A stretch of 64,000 bases of DNA from an uncultured Planctomycetaceae bacterium (GTDB taxonomy: Bacteria > Planctomycetota > Planctomycetia > Planctomycetales > Planctomycetaceae): the NCBI GenBank assembly GCA_963976765.1, contig CAXBME010000008.1, positions 186,001-250,000 of the forward strand, in the 5' to 3' direction. Numbering within the stretch: position 1 is the stretch's first letter; the number at the start of each line of letters is the position of its first letter. A program made the translations under genes and the position numbers. The notes under the pieces are model-generated. The model worked only from the letters and a program-made list of their open reading frames with translations, had not been told where the DNA came from and searched no databases. Positions 1-9,275 of this stretch are shown one piece after another.

Positions 1-222
1 CTCGCGAGCCGTTCTGAATCGATACATCCGCCATAAACATTGCCATCCGCGAAGGACTCAGCACTCAAATTTTGAGAGCAATCGCCGTCTTTGGAGAACG
101 ACCGGTATTGATCAGTCTTATCGTCGGCTCGTGACAGAGCTGTTCCCGGATGTCGTCCTATGTTTCGAGAAGGAAATCCCAAACTATTTCGGAACGCGCC
201 GAACCGGTGTGCAAAACCGCCA

Positions 223-3200
223 ATGTCTGACCAGTCCGGCTTATTACTCAGGACTCATAACAACGTGCCGGCTGAGTTGCCGGGTCGTTCGGGGGGAGCT
301 GTGTCGGGCGACCGGTCTCAACGGCAGCACATTCTGACAGTCGCGGTCGAGGACTGGTTTCAGGTCGGATCCTTCGGGCGACTGATCGAGCAGGAACAGT
401 GGTACCGCTTTGAAACCCGGGTCGAACGAAACACTCAGCGGACGTTCGAACTGCTCGACGCGTACAACACCAAGGCAACCTTCTTTGTGCTTGGGTGGGT
501 GGCCGAACAGATGCCGGAACTCGTGGCGGAAATCGCCAGCCGCGGTCATGAAGTTGCCAGTCTGGGTTTTCAGCATCGGACAATTAAAGGTCTGTCGCGC
601 GACGAGTTTCGTGACGATCTGCTGCGTGCTCAGGAAACGATCGAATCAGCATCCGGGCAGAAGCTGCTGGGGTATCGCATCGCTGATCAGTGGCTTGGAC
701 CGAAAGATCTGTGGGTTCTCGACGTGCTGGCGGAAGAAGGTTACGCCTACGATTCCAGCGTCCTGCCGTTGTTTAACCGCTTCTCGGATGAACCGTACCG
801 GCGGTTTGTGCATCGCCAGTCGACTCCGTCGGGCAGCATTCTGGAAGTGCCGCCGTCGTCGACGCGACTTATGGGCTGCTGCCTTCCCATCGCTGGTGGA
901 AACTGGTTTCGCCAGTTGCCTCACACACTGTTGAAGAAGGGCGTGAAGAGCTGGGACGAGCAGTACGCGGACCCGTTCGTCATGTACTTTCACATCTGGG
1001 AACTCGACCCGGACCAGCCACGGATTTCAGCCGTTGATCGCCTGTCGCGAATCAGGCATTACCGAAACCTCGACAAGATGCAGTGGGTGCTGGAGGATCA
1101 TCTCAGCAAGTACCGCTTTAGTAGCGTCGCTGATCGGCTCGGATTGAAAACAGAGCACGTGGTACGAGTCGAGTGTCAGGAGTCGAAAGTCGAGAGTTGT
1201 GATGTCCTCACGGCTCCGACGCCAGATTCAAAGCCCTCGGTCTTCGGCTCTCACCCATCCGCCCTTGAGCCCGTGTCCATCGTCATTCCCTGCTACAACG
1301 AAGAAGCGTCGCTGCCGTATCTTGGGCGAACGCTTGAGAAGCTCGAAGCCGAACTCGCCAACCGCTACGCGCCGGCGTTCGTTCTGGTCGACGATCGAAG
1401 CACTGACCGTACGTGGGAGATCATGCAGTCGGTGTTTGGTGGCAGGTCGAACTTCCGACTTGTTCGGCACGAGCAGAACGCCGGAGTTTCCGCCGCCATT
1501 CTCACGGGCATTCGCCACGCTGAAACCGAGCTGGTCTGCTCGATGGACTGCGACTGTTCTTACGACCCGCTTGAGTTCAGTCGAATGCTGCCGCTGATGA
1601 CGGACGACGTCGACCTGGTCACCGCCTCGCCGTACCACCCGCAGGGCCGCGTGAAGAACGTACCCGGCTGGCGACTTCTACTGTCGAAAGGGCTGTCGAC
1701 GATCTACCGGATCGTCCTGCCGCAGAAACTGCATACCTGGACGAGTTGCTTCCGAGTCTACCGGAAGTCGGCCATCGAAAAGATCAGCCTGCACGAATGC
1801 GGCTTTCTGGGCACCGCTGAGCTGGTCGGACAACTCTGTCTGAACGGTTCGAAAATTGTCGAACATCCGGCGACGCTTGAAGTCCGCATCTTTGGCGAAT
1901 CGAAAATGAAAACTTTCCACACGATCGCCGGACATCTGCGACTCGTGCGGCAACTCGTCAGGCAACGGCTTAAAGGAGCATCGAACAGCGAAGATTCAAC
2001 GTCGAGCATTGAAGGCTCTGCCGCGGAAATTCCGGCGACGCTGTTCAATTCTCTGAAACCCGATTCTCACCACCAAATCTCCAGTCCCAATCAAAAAGGC
2101 ACTGAAACCATGTCAGACGCACGTATCCAACTTCCATCCGATCAGGACGCCTCAGGCCGAACCCTTGGCGCCGAGGAACTCGAGAACGTCGCGGCAGCGC
2201 TTCGCAGCGGAACGTTGACCAGCACGAAGGGCACCTTCGTCAAGCAGTTCGAAGAAGGCTTCGCGTCGAAGATCGGCTCACGGTTTGGACATGCCTGCTC
2301 AAGCGGCACCGCGGCCATTCACACGGCCATCGCCGCGATTAACCCTGAACCCGGCGAAGAAATTATCACAACGTCGATTACCGACATGGGAGCGCTGACA
2401 CCGATTCTCTACCAGGGAGCGATTCCGGTTTTCGCCGACGTCGATCCCAAAACCTACAACGTCACGGCAAAGACAATCGAAGCATGCCTCAGTGATAAGA
2501 CGAAAGCGATCATCGTCACGCACCTGTTCGGCAACCCGTGCGACATGCGGGCGATCATGGAACTGGCCAACGCTCACAATCTGCCGGTCATCGAAGACTG
2601 TGCTCAGTCGTTCCTGACGAGCTTCAACGATGCCTACGTCGGCACACTCGGCACGATCGGCTGCTTCAGTCTTCAGCAGGGCAAACACATCACGACCGGC
2701 GAAGGCGGAGTCGTCGTGGCGGATGACGAAAAACTCGCACGGCGAATGTTCCTCTTTATTAACAAAGCCTGGGGTTACGGCGATGCCAACGCGGACCACT
2801 ACTTCGTCGCTCCGAACTACCGGATGAGCGAACTTCAGGGCGCTGTGGCGCTGGCTCAACTTGGGAAGCTTGAAGGAGTCGTCGACAGCCGAATCCGTAC
2901 CGCCGACGCGCTGACGGCTCAGTTGCGAGGCGTCGCTGGCGTGGCAACTCCTGCTGTCACCGACGGAGCCGTTCACACTTACTGGAAGTATTGCCTGCGA
3001 GTCGACGCGTCGATCATCGAAGGCGGAGCGGTCGGGCTGGGAGCAAAGCTCCGCGAAAAAGGCATTGCCTGCGCACCGCGTTACATTCAGAAGCCGGCGT
3101 TCGCCTGTCAGGTCTTCCGGGATCAGGTCACCTTCGGCGAAAGCCGCTGGCCCTTCACGCTCGCCCGCCCGGAAGCCGTCAACTACGACAAGGCCCTCTT

Positions 3201-3363
3201 CCCTGGCACCTTTGAAGCGCTTCGAGATGTCCTCGTACTGCCGTGGAACGAACTCTACACCCAGGAACACATCGACTTCATCGCCGAATCGGTTCGCTCA
3301 TCAGCTGCAGAGTTGATGAAGAACTCGGCGTCGACAACCGCAACGGCTGATGCCTCGGCCTGA
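223..3363 (+). CDS. Continuous ORF: XrtA-type polysaccharide deacetylase (DUF3473-like) + GT2 glycosyltransferase + DegT/DnrJ/EryC1/StrS aminotransferase
   Basis: TVAVEDWF/ATFFVLGW/YFHIWELD deacetylase motifs; SIVIPCYNE..VDDRSTD..MDCDCSY GT2 motifs; SSGTAAIH, IEDCAQ, FSLQQGKHITTGEGG aminotransferase motifs. Start is 160 or 223; there is an internal in-frame ATG at 2110. Confidence 0.85.
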   Translation: MSDQSGLLLRTHNNVPAELPGRSGGAVSGDRSQRQHILTVAVEDWFQVGSFGRLIEQEQWYRFETRVERNTQRTFELLDAYNTKATFFVLGWVAEQMPELVAEIASRGHEVASLGFQHRTIKGLSRDEFRDDLLRAQETIESASGQKLLGYRIADQWLGPKDLWVLDVLAEEGYAYDSSVLPLFNRFSDEPYRRFVHRQSTPSGSILEVPPSSTRLMGCCLPIAGGNWFRQLPHTLLKKGVKSWDEQYADPFVMYFHIWELDPDQPRISAVDRLSRIRHYRNLDKMQWVLEDHLSKYRFSSVADRLGLKTEHVVRVECQESKVESCDVLTAPTPDSKPSVFGSHPSALEPVSIVIPCYNEEASLPYLGRTLEKLEAELANRYAPAFVLVDDRSTDRTWEIMQSVFGGRSNFRLVRHEQNAGVSAAILTGIRHAETELVCSMDCDCSYDPLEFSRMLPLMTDDVDLVTASPYHPQGRVKNVPGWRLLLSKGLSTIYRIVLPQKLHTWTSCFRVYRKSAIEKISLHECGFLGTAELVGQLCLNGSKIVEHPATLEVRIFGESKMKTFHTIAGHLRLVRQLVRQRLKGASNSEDSTSSIEGSAAEIPATLFNSLKPDSHHQISSPNQKGTETMSDARIQLPSDQDASGRTLGAEELENVAAALRSGTLTSTKGTFVKQFEEGFASKIGSRFGHACSSGTAAIHTAIAAINPEPGEEIITTSITDMGALTPILYQGAIPVFADVDPKTYNVTAKTIEACLSDKTKAIIVTHLFGNPCDMRAIMELANAHNLPVIEDCAQSFLTSFNDAYVGTLGTIGCFSLQQGKHITTGEGGVVVADDEKLARRMFLFINKAWGYGDANADHYFVAPNYRMSELQGAVALAQLGKLEGVVDSRIRTADALTAQLRGVAGVATPAVTDGAVHTYWKYCLRVDASIIEGGAVGLGAKLREKGIACAPRYIQKPAFACQVFRDQVTFGESRWPFTLARPEAVNYDKALFPGTFEALRDVLVLPWNELYTQEHIDFIAESVRSSAAELMKNSASTTATADASA
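1166..1272. repeat. Heptamer-periodic imperfect inverted repeat inside the ORF linker
   Basis: GAGTCGA GTGTCAG GAGTCGA AAGTCGA GAGTTGT (1166-1200), then degenerate complementary units TCGGTCT TCGGCTC ... (about 1237-1272). Confidence 0.5.
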
Positions 3364-3382
3364 TTTGACTGAAAGCTCCGCC

Positions 3383-4546
3383 ATGCTGTTGCTCATTCGC
3401 CATTTGATCATTGCCGCAACGATCCTGCTGGGAGCCGCCAGTTCGGTGTTTGGCGACGACGTGCGTATCGAATATCTGGGGCATGTCAGAATGCCTGAGA
3501 TTCCGTTCGATGGTGAAGCCTTTGAAGCGGGGCGGCATTTCGGATACTCGCGCGGCACGTTCTGCTACATCCCGGAGCGTGATACGTTTCTGATGATCGG
3601 GCATCCGTACGGGCAGATGTTTGCTGAAATCTCGAATCCCGGACCCGGCAAGCGGGCGAAAATCGTCAAGGACTTTTTCGATCCCACAGGAGGAGCACAC
3701 GCCGAACAGGAGCGGGAAACGGATTCGCAGATTCATCTTCAGGCATTGCTTTACGATCGAGGCCGCATCTATCTGTCGGGCGAAAAGTGGTACAACGTCA
3801 CGGGAACGCACATCCGGACGCACGGTTCGTTTTCAGCAGACTTCGACAACCTGAAGTTTTCCGGCTGGTGGCGCGTCGGAGATCGTTCCGGGCAGGTCAC
3901 CGGTTTTTACATGGCAAGGATTCCGGACCGGTACGTCGAGAACGGTCACTGGCTGCTGACCGGAGGCAGCGTCTCGTGGCGAGGCGGCAGCAGTGCCGGT
4001 CCGTGTGCGATTCTCGTCAATCCTGACGGAGCGGTTGCCGGCGCGAAAGTGCCGTCGACCGAGCTGCTCACTTATCGAGCCAATCATGACGCCGAACGCC
4101 GAATCGAACTCGGCAACCCGCTGCACAAAGGCGTGTCGATGTTTCCCGGCAGCGTCGACGGGTGGATGGGTAATAACAATATCGGCGGAGCGGCTGTTGT
4201 CGGGAACCGGTTGATTTTCTTCGGTCGGCAAGGCAAAGGCTACGACTTCTACGGGCCTTCGGATGAGTACCGGGAACTCACCGGCGGGCTGGAAGATCCG
4301 TATGACGGTAAGGGTTACAAATGCGGCCCGTTCGAAGCCGCCATGTGGATTTACAATCTTGACGCCTTGAAAAAGGGCGATCGGTCCGTTGTTCGCATGA
4401 CGTTCCCCTGGGCCGTCGCTCCAATGGGCCACTGCGACCTTCGCAACGTCAGTGTGCATGACGACATGCTCTACGTGTCCGAAGCTGCCGGAGAAAGGTC
4501 TGGAGACGAGCCCTTACCCGTGATTCACGCCTTGCGAATCCGCTGA
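3383..4546 (+). CDS. Secreted hypothetical protein, beta-rich
   Basis: Long ORF (3350..4546) with signal-peptide-like MLLLIRHLIIAATILLGAASSVFG; Gly/aromatic-rich strands. Confidence 0.7.
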   Translation: MLLLIRHLIIAATILLGAASSVFGDDVRIEYLGHVRMPEIPFDGEAFEAGRHFGYSRGTFCYIPERDTFLMIGHPYGQMFAEISNPGPGKRAKIVKDFFDPTGGAHAEQERETDSQIHLQALLYDRGRIYLSGEKWYNVTGTHIRTHGSFSADFDNLKFSGWWRVGDRSGQVTGFYMARIPDRYVENGHWLLTGGSVSWRGGSSAGPCAILVNPDGAVAGAKVPSTELLTYRANHDAERRIELGNPLHKGVSMFPGSVDGWMGNNNIGGAAVVGNRLIFFGRQGKGYDFYGPSDEYRELTGGLEDPYDGKGYKCGPFEAAMWIYNLDALKKGDRSVVRMTFPWAVAPMGHCDLRNVSVHDDMLYVSEAAGERSGDEPLPVIHALRIR

Positions 4547-4752
4547 AACTGTTGCCAGCCTGGATTCTTCAGTCATGAGGCAGTCGTGCGTTCCGATTGA
4601 TTGCGCAGAGACGCCAGGATGCATAGATTGGTTTTGAGCTTTGCGTGAGCTTTTTGCTGGCTGTCGCCTTGGCCTGCGATTCGCTATTCCTGCGTGCCCG
4701 GCAGCGTGAAGGCACCGCCGAACGTACAGTTTCGCACTCAGGAGACGGCACG

Positions 4753-5460
4753 GTGATTCCAAAAGTGATGTCACGTGATGAGGTTCGAAATGTCGACCAG
4801 CGCGCGATTAACGAGTTCGGTATCCCCGGCGTCGTGCTGATGGAAAACGCCGGGCGAGGCTGCGTCGACTGGCTGGATGAACTAGGTGTCGCTGGCCGAA
4901 TCGTCATCTGCGCCGGAAAAGGCAACAACGGCGGTGACGGCTTTGTGATGGCCCGGCACCTCGAAAACCGTGGACACGACGTTCGAGTGCTGCTGTTCGC
5001 GAATCCGGAAACGCTGCACGGCGACGCCAGAATTAACTATCAGGTCATTGAGCGAGCGGGCTTGTCCATTCGCACTTTCGATGAGTCGCTGTCGGACGAC
5101 GAGTTGGAATCTGCCGTTGAGAATGAATTCTCCGAGGCCGACTGGATCGTCGACGCGTTGCTCGGCACGGGCACCAACGGCTCACTTCGCGAACCGTTCC
5201 CTGCCATCATCAACGCTATCAATCAATCGCCAGCTCGGACAATGGCCATTGATCTGCCCAGCGGTCAGGATTGCGACTCTGGTCTGCCGGTCGACGCGGA
5301 CAATCCCGTCGTCGTGAAGGCTGATTTCACCGCGACATTTGTCGCTCGAAAACTCGGCTTCGAAAACCCTGCTTCTTCGGCATTTACCGGAGAAGTCAGA
5401 GTCATTGATATTGGCGTTCCACATGCCATGTTTTCGGATGAGCTGCCGCAAAGTCGCTAA
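4753..5460 (+). CDS. nnrE: NAD(P)H-hydrate epimerase (stand-alone YjeF N-terminal domain)
   Basis: LMENAG, GKGNNGGDG, VDALLGTG, AIDLPSG motifs; GTG at 4753 preceded by AGGAG. Confidence 0.92.
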   Translation: MIPKVMSRDEVRNVDQRAINEFGIPGVVLMENAGRGCVDWLDELGVAGRIVICAGKGNNGGDGFVMARHLENRGHDVRVLLFANPETLHGDARINYQVIERAGLSIRTFDESLSDDELESAVENEFSEADWIVDALLGTGTNGSLREPFPAIINAINQSPARTMAIDLPSGQDCDSGLPVDADNPVVVKADFTATFVARKLGFENPASSAFTGEVRVIDIGVPHAMFSDELPQSR

Positions 5461-5585
5461 GCCGCAGAGTTTCGCAAAGAGCTGCTCGTCAACTCACCGT
5501 CCAACGAATCGTCGGATTGGCAGCCGGCAGGAATTTCGGCAACCGGTTATTTCTTTGCGTTCCTTTGCGACTTCGCGTCTTTGCA
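5447..5585. repeat. REP-like inverted repeat built from 8-bp CGCAAAG-type units
   Basis: Left arm CGCAAAGT CGCTAAGC CGCAGAGT TTCGCAAAGA (5447-5480); right arm TCTTTGCG TT CCTTTGCG ACTTCGCG TCTTTGCA (5552-5585). Confidence 0.6.
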
Positions 5586-5633
5586 CCAGGATTCCAGATT
5601 CCTGACATCAATTCGTAGATTGTGTCCTTCGGC

Positions 5634-6371
5634 ATGCTGATCGAAATCGAAAATCTGACGAAGACGTTCGGCAGCCGAGCCGCGTTGGACGACGTCAGCC
5701 TGACGATTGATCCCGGCCAGATTGTCGCGATGCTCGGACCGAACGGGGCGGGCAAGACAACGTTGTTGCGCTGCCTCGCTGGCGTCAGTCAGGCGGCTCG
5801 CGGTCGGCTGCTCTATGACGGGGAAGTCTTTCGTCGAGACCGTATCGACCTTCGCAAGCGATTTCATTTTGTACCGGACTTTCCGTTCGTCTACCCGGAC
5901 GCCACCGTCCTGCAGCATCTGACGATGATTCTGCGAGCGTATCTGCCCGAAGATGCGCCGGTCGAAGAGAAGGTAATCGAGCTTCTGGAAGAATTCGAAG
6001 TTCTGCCGCTGATCGATTCGCCGGTTGGCAAACTGTCGCGCGGGCAGACTTACAAGGTCGCGTTGACAGCTTTGATGGCCGTCGACCCGGACGTCTGGAT
6101 TCTGGATGAGCCCTTCGCATCGGGAATGGACCCGCACGGCATTGCCGCTTTCCGGCGTCGAGCCCGCAATGCCACACGTCGAGGTCGGACGATCATTTAC
6201 TCGACGCAACTTCTTGAGCTGGCGGAAGCATTCTCCGACCGAGTCTGCATCATCGCCGAAGGAAAGGTTCACGCATTCGACGAAATGGCCCATCTCCGCA
6301 GCACGACTGCCGCTGCCGAAGGCTTCATTCTCGAAGAATTGTTCGACCGCCTTCGGGAATCTCCCGAGTAA
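5634..6371 (+). CDS. ABC transporter ATP-binding protein
   Basis: Walker A GPNGAGKT, signature LSRGQ, Walker B WILDEP. Confidence 0.93.
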   Translation: MLIEIENLTKTFGSRAALDDVSLTIDPGQIVAMLGPNGAGKTTLLRCLAGVSQAARGRLLYDGEVFRRDRIDLRKRFHFVPDFPFVYPDATVLQHLTMILRAYLPEDAPVEEKVIELLEEFEVLPLIDSPVGKLSRGQTYKVALTALMAVDPDVWILDEPFASGMDPHGIAAFRRRARNATRRGRTIIYSTQLLELAEAFSDRVCIIAEGKVHAFDEMAHLRSTTAAAEGFILEELFDRLRESPE

Positions 6372-6429
6372 ATTGTCGTTGTGAGAACGGGTCGCCGTGC
6401 GTTAATTCAACAGTTATTGTCAAAGGGCG

Positions 6430-7392
6430 ATGTTGGACATCGCACGGCTTGTGAAGACCGGGCAGCCTGATACGGGAAGCGGATCTGCAATGCTGAACTC
6501 AACTGACTGGCTGCACTCCGGACCGGGGCTTGCTCCGCGAGTTGCCTGGGCCTTTAACACGGACGCCGAACTGCGCAGTCTTTGTCAGGCTCGCGAAACT
6601 GGTGACCTGTTTGCGGTTGATTCGTCCGGCGGGATGTACCGTCTTGACCGCGAGGGGAAAATTCAAACGCTGAGCCGAGGATTGAAGAGTGCTCGACTGG
6701 TCCGCTGGTCGGACACCGGCGATGTTGGCGTGGCCGTTTGTGGAACTCACGAATTCTGCACACTCGATGCTCGCCTGAAAGTCGCCTGGTCCAGTGATTC
6801 GCCAACCGAAATTCTGACCGCCGCCATCGATCCCTACGGACATAATGTCGCTCTGGGGCTCGATAATGGAGACAACGTCCTGCTGAATGTTGACCGAAAG
6901 AAGCTCGGGCAGTTTCACTCTGCGAAGCCGTTGAAGTTCATCGAGTTCTGCGTCGACAAGAAACGCCTCTGCGGCGCGGCAGAGTACGGACACCTCTGCG
7001 TTCACCGGTTCGACGGTTCGGAAGTGTGGAGCGAGAAGATCTGGTCAACCGTCGGCGACCTGAGCATCACCGAAGGAGCCCGGTCAATTTACATGGCCGG
7101 CTTCGCGCACGGCGTCCAGTGTTTCGATCATCGAGGGAATACTCGCACGTCGTTCATCGTCGAGGGGACTCCTTCGAAAGTTGCGGCCAGCTACTTCGGC
7201 GAGCGGCTGGTCGTTTCGACCGTCGAACGGCATCTCTACTGGCTGGACTCAGACGGCGCCCTGCTGTGGGCTGCGGAAACTCCCGACGACGTCGCCAGCC
7301 TGGTATGTGATCCGCTGGGAGAGTGGCTGGTCGTTGGCTTCGCGTCCGGCAGGATCCTGCGGCTCGACTGGGAATCTGGCGTCAGGAAGTGA
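6430..7392 (+). CDS. WD40/PQQ-like beta-propeller protein
   Basis: Repeating ~40-aa units with D..G...W pattern; alternative start 6490. Confidence 0.7.
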   Translation: MLDIARLVKTGQPDTGSGSAMLNSTDWLHSGPGLAPRVAWAFNTDAELRSLCQARETGDLFAVDSSGGMYRLDREGKIQTLSRGLKSARLVRWSDTGDVGVAVCGTHEFCTLDARLKVAWSSDSPTEILTAAIDPYGHNVALGLDNGDNVLLNVDRKKLGQFHSAKPLKFIEFCVDKKRLCGAAEYGHLCVHRFDGSEVWSEKIWSTVGDLSITEGARSIYMAGFAHGVQCFDHRGNTRTSFIVEGTPSKVAASYFGERLVVSTVERHLYWLDSDGALLWAAETPDDVASLVCDPLGEWLVVGFASGRILRLDWESGVRK

Positions 7393-7523
7393 TAACGGTC
7401 TGGCGGTCTGAGCCGATTTCCGGCAGCCGCAGTAAAACGAAAACAGGCTCGAAGAACTGAATCTTCGAGCCTGCTGTTCTTGTGCTGTTGCTCAAAATCG
7501 CCCGTCATAATCACTGCGGGAGA

Positions 7524-7715
7524 TTATCGCGTCGCTGTCCAGATTGAGACGATCGACATCGCGATCAGGGTGTAAATGAACAAAATTGAAAGCATCTTGC
7601 AGATAATTCGTCCGGCAGCGACATCGTCCGACTCGAAGTCGCGAAGATCAGCGTTGCTGAAGAGTGGTTCTGGAGTTTCTGCTGGGGGGGCGGTTTCGGT
7701 AGCAGCTTCAGACAT
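7524..7715 (-). CDS. Small single-pass membrane protein
   Basis: MSEAATETAPP... with GAGAGG upstream; acidic N-terminus and hydrophobic C-terminal helix. Confidence 0.6.
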   Translation of the reverse strand: MSEAATETAPPAETPEPLFSNADLRDFESDDVAAGRIICKMLSILFIYTLIAMSIVSIWTATR

Positions 7716-8026
7716 CGGAAAACCTCTCTGATACTTCTGTTTTGCGTTATTTGCGAGCGAATCACCAACTGGGGCGACGCTCAATTGTGGACGATGAATT
7801 CGAAAATCGAAGCGGGATTCTGCTCAAAACGATGATTTCTGTCGAGTCTGTCAGCCGCAAGTTGCCCGAAAGCTCCAGGAAACGAGATACGCAATCATTC
7901 CGAACGGGCTGAAGCCGAACCTCGCGTTGTCCTGATTCTGCCAACGCCCCTATTCTTCCGTTCCGAATTCATGGAATTCGTCCCGAAAGCGGAATACTGA
8001 ATTGTCGACCGGAATGGAGTCCGAGC

Positions 8027-9079
8027 GTGACGGAGCCTGCAAATTTTCAATGGGATGCTGACGGGATTGCTCGGAAAAGTGATGCCCCGATCCGAGTTGT
8101 CTATGTCATGGGGGCTGGTCGCAGCGGCTCGACGGTTCTCGACACGATCCTCAACAACCACGAAGACGTCCTCGGCGTCGGCGAGCTGGTTCACCTTTTC
8201 ATCGAAGGCTCAGCGTCGAAAGAAAACTGCTCGTGCGGCGAAGCTCGCGACACCTGCGCGATCTGGAGTTCCGTGCGTGAACGCTGGTCCGAGCTGACCG
8301 GCCTGTCGTCGATCACCGAGCACGAGCGGCTGATGACAAAGTTCACGCGAGTCCAGCGGCTGGCGATTCCCGAATGGCACCGGCTTCGAGCGGGAAATCC
8401 TGATCCAGATTTTGCCGAATGCCTGAAGCAGACTCACGCGACTTACCAGGCGATCGCCGAAGCAACCGGCAAACGAGTCATCATCGAGTCGTCCAAGAAT
8501 CCGCTCCGAGCCAAACTGTTGTGTCTGACGCCTGGACTGGACGTGCGACTGGTTCATCTCGTGCGCGACGCTCGCGGAGTGGCGTGGTCGCGAATGAAAC
8601 CGTTTGCCAAATCAAAAGAGGGTGGCGTCCCACAGGACATCCGTCCGAAGCCGATTCACATTTCTGCCGGCTACTGGCTGTTCATGAATTTTCTCAGCGA
8701 GCAGGTGCGCAAGTCGTTCCCCGATCAGCCTTCGACGCGCATTCACTACGAAGACTTTGTTTCGGATCCGGCGCAAGCGCTGAAAGAAATCGGCGAGGTC
8801 GCCGGACTGGATTACTCGTCGGTCGCCAATCGTCTGCTCGCTGGAGACCCGATGGCCCCCGGCCATCTCTATGCCGGCAACCGGGTTCGCACTGCAGGTC
8901 CGATCAAACTCCGCAGCGACATGGCTTGGGCCGAAAAGCTGACGCGTGGCCAAAAACGTCTTACCTGGCTCCTCGCCGGTTACAAACTTCGGCAATACGG
9001 TTATGAGCGAAAACCGACGATGTCGATGGATTCTCAGGCAGCCAGTGAGATTGAAAATTCGCTTCGCAACGCAGCCTGA
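8027..9079 (+). CDS. Sulfotransferase family protein
   Basis: 5'PSB loop GAGRSGST, ESSK, HLVRDARGVAWS, YEDF. Confidence 0.88.
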   Translation: MTEPANFQWDADGIARKSDAPIRVVYVMGAGRSGSTVLDTILNNHEDVLGVGELVHLFIEGSASKENCSCGEARDTCAIWSSVRERWSELTGLSSITEHERLMTKFTRVQRLAIPEWHRLRAGNPDPDFAECLKQTHATYQAIAEATGKRVIIESSKNPLRAKLLCLTPGLDVRLVHLVRDARGVAWSRMKPFAKSKEGGVPQDIRPKPIHISAGYWLFMNFLSEQVRKSFPDQPSTRIHYEDFVSDPAQALKEIGEVAGLDYSSVANRLLAGDPMAPGHLYAGNRVRTAGPIKLRSDMAWAEKLTRGQKRLTWLLAGYKLRQYGYERKPTMSMDSQAASEIENSLRNAA

Positions 9080-9275
9080 GGTCATAAAGTCGACTTGAGG
9101 AAGTCGGAAGTAAGGTGGTGGTCACCGCCCATCAATTCGTTTTCAAATCCAGTTTTGAAATCTGGTGGTAACGCCGCGTTCAGGCTTGTCGTCGGGTTTG
9201 AGTCAGTTGATGACGCGGCGTGCGAGCGCTCCGGAAGTAACAGGCCGTTTGGTGTGGACTTGTTTGAAACGTTCT

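Noticed and set aside
61..79. GCACTCAAATTTTGAGAGC palindrome resembling CIRCE
   Set aside because: Spacing and right arm do not fit TTAGCACTC-N9-GAGTGCTAA, and no chaperone gene follows; at most an unknown operator.
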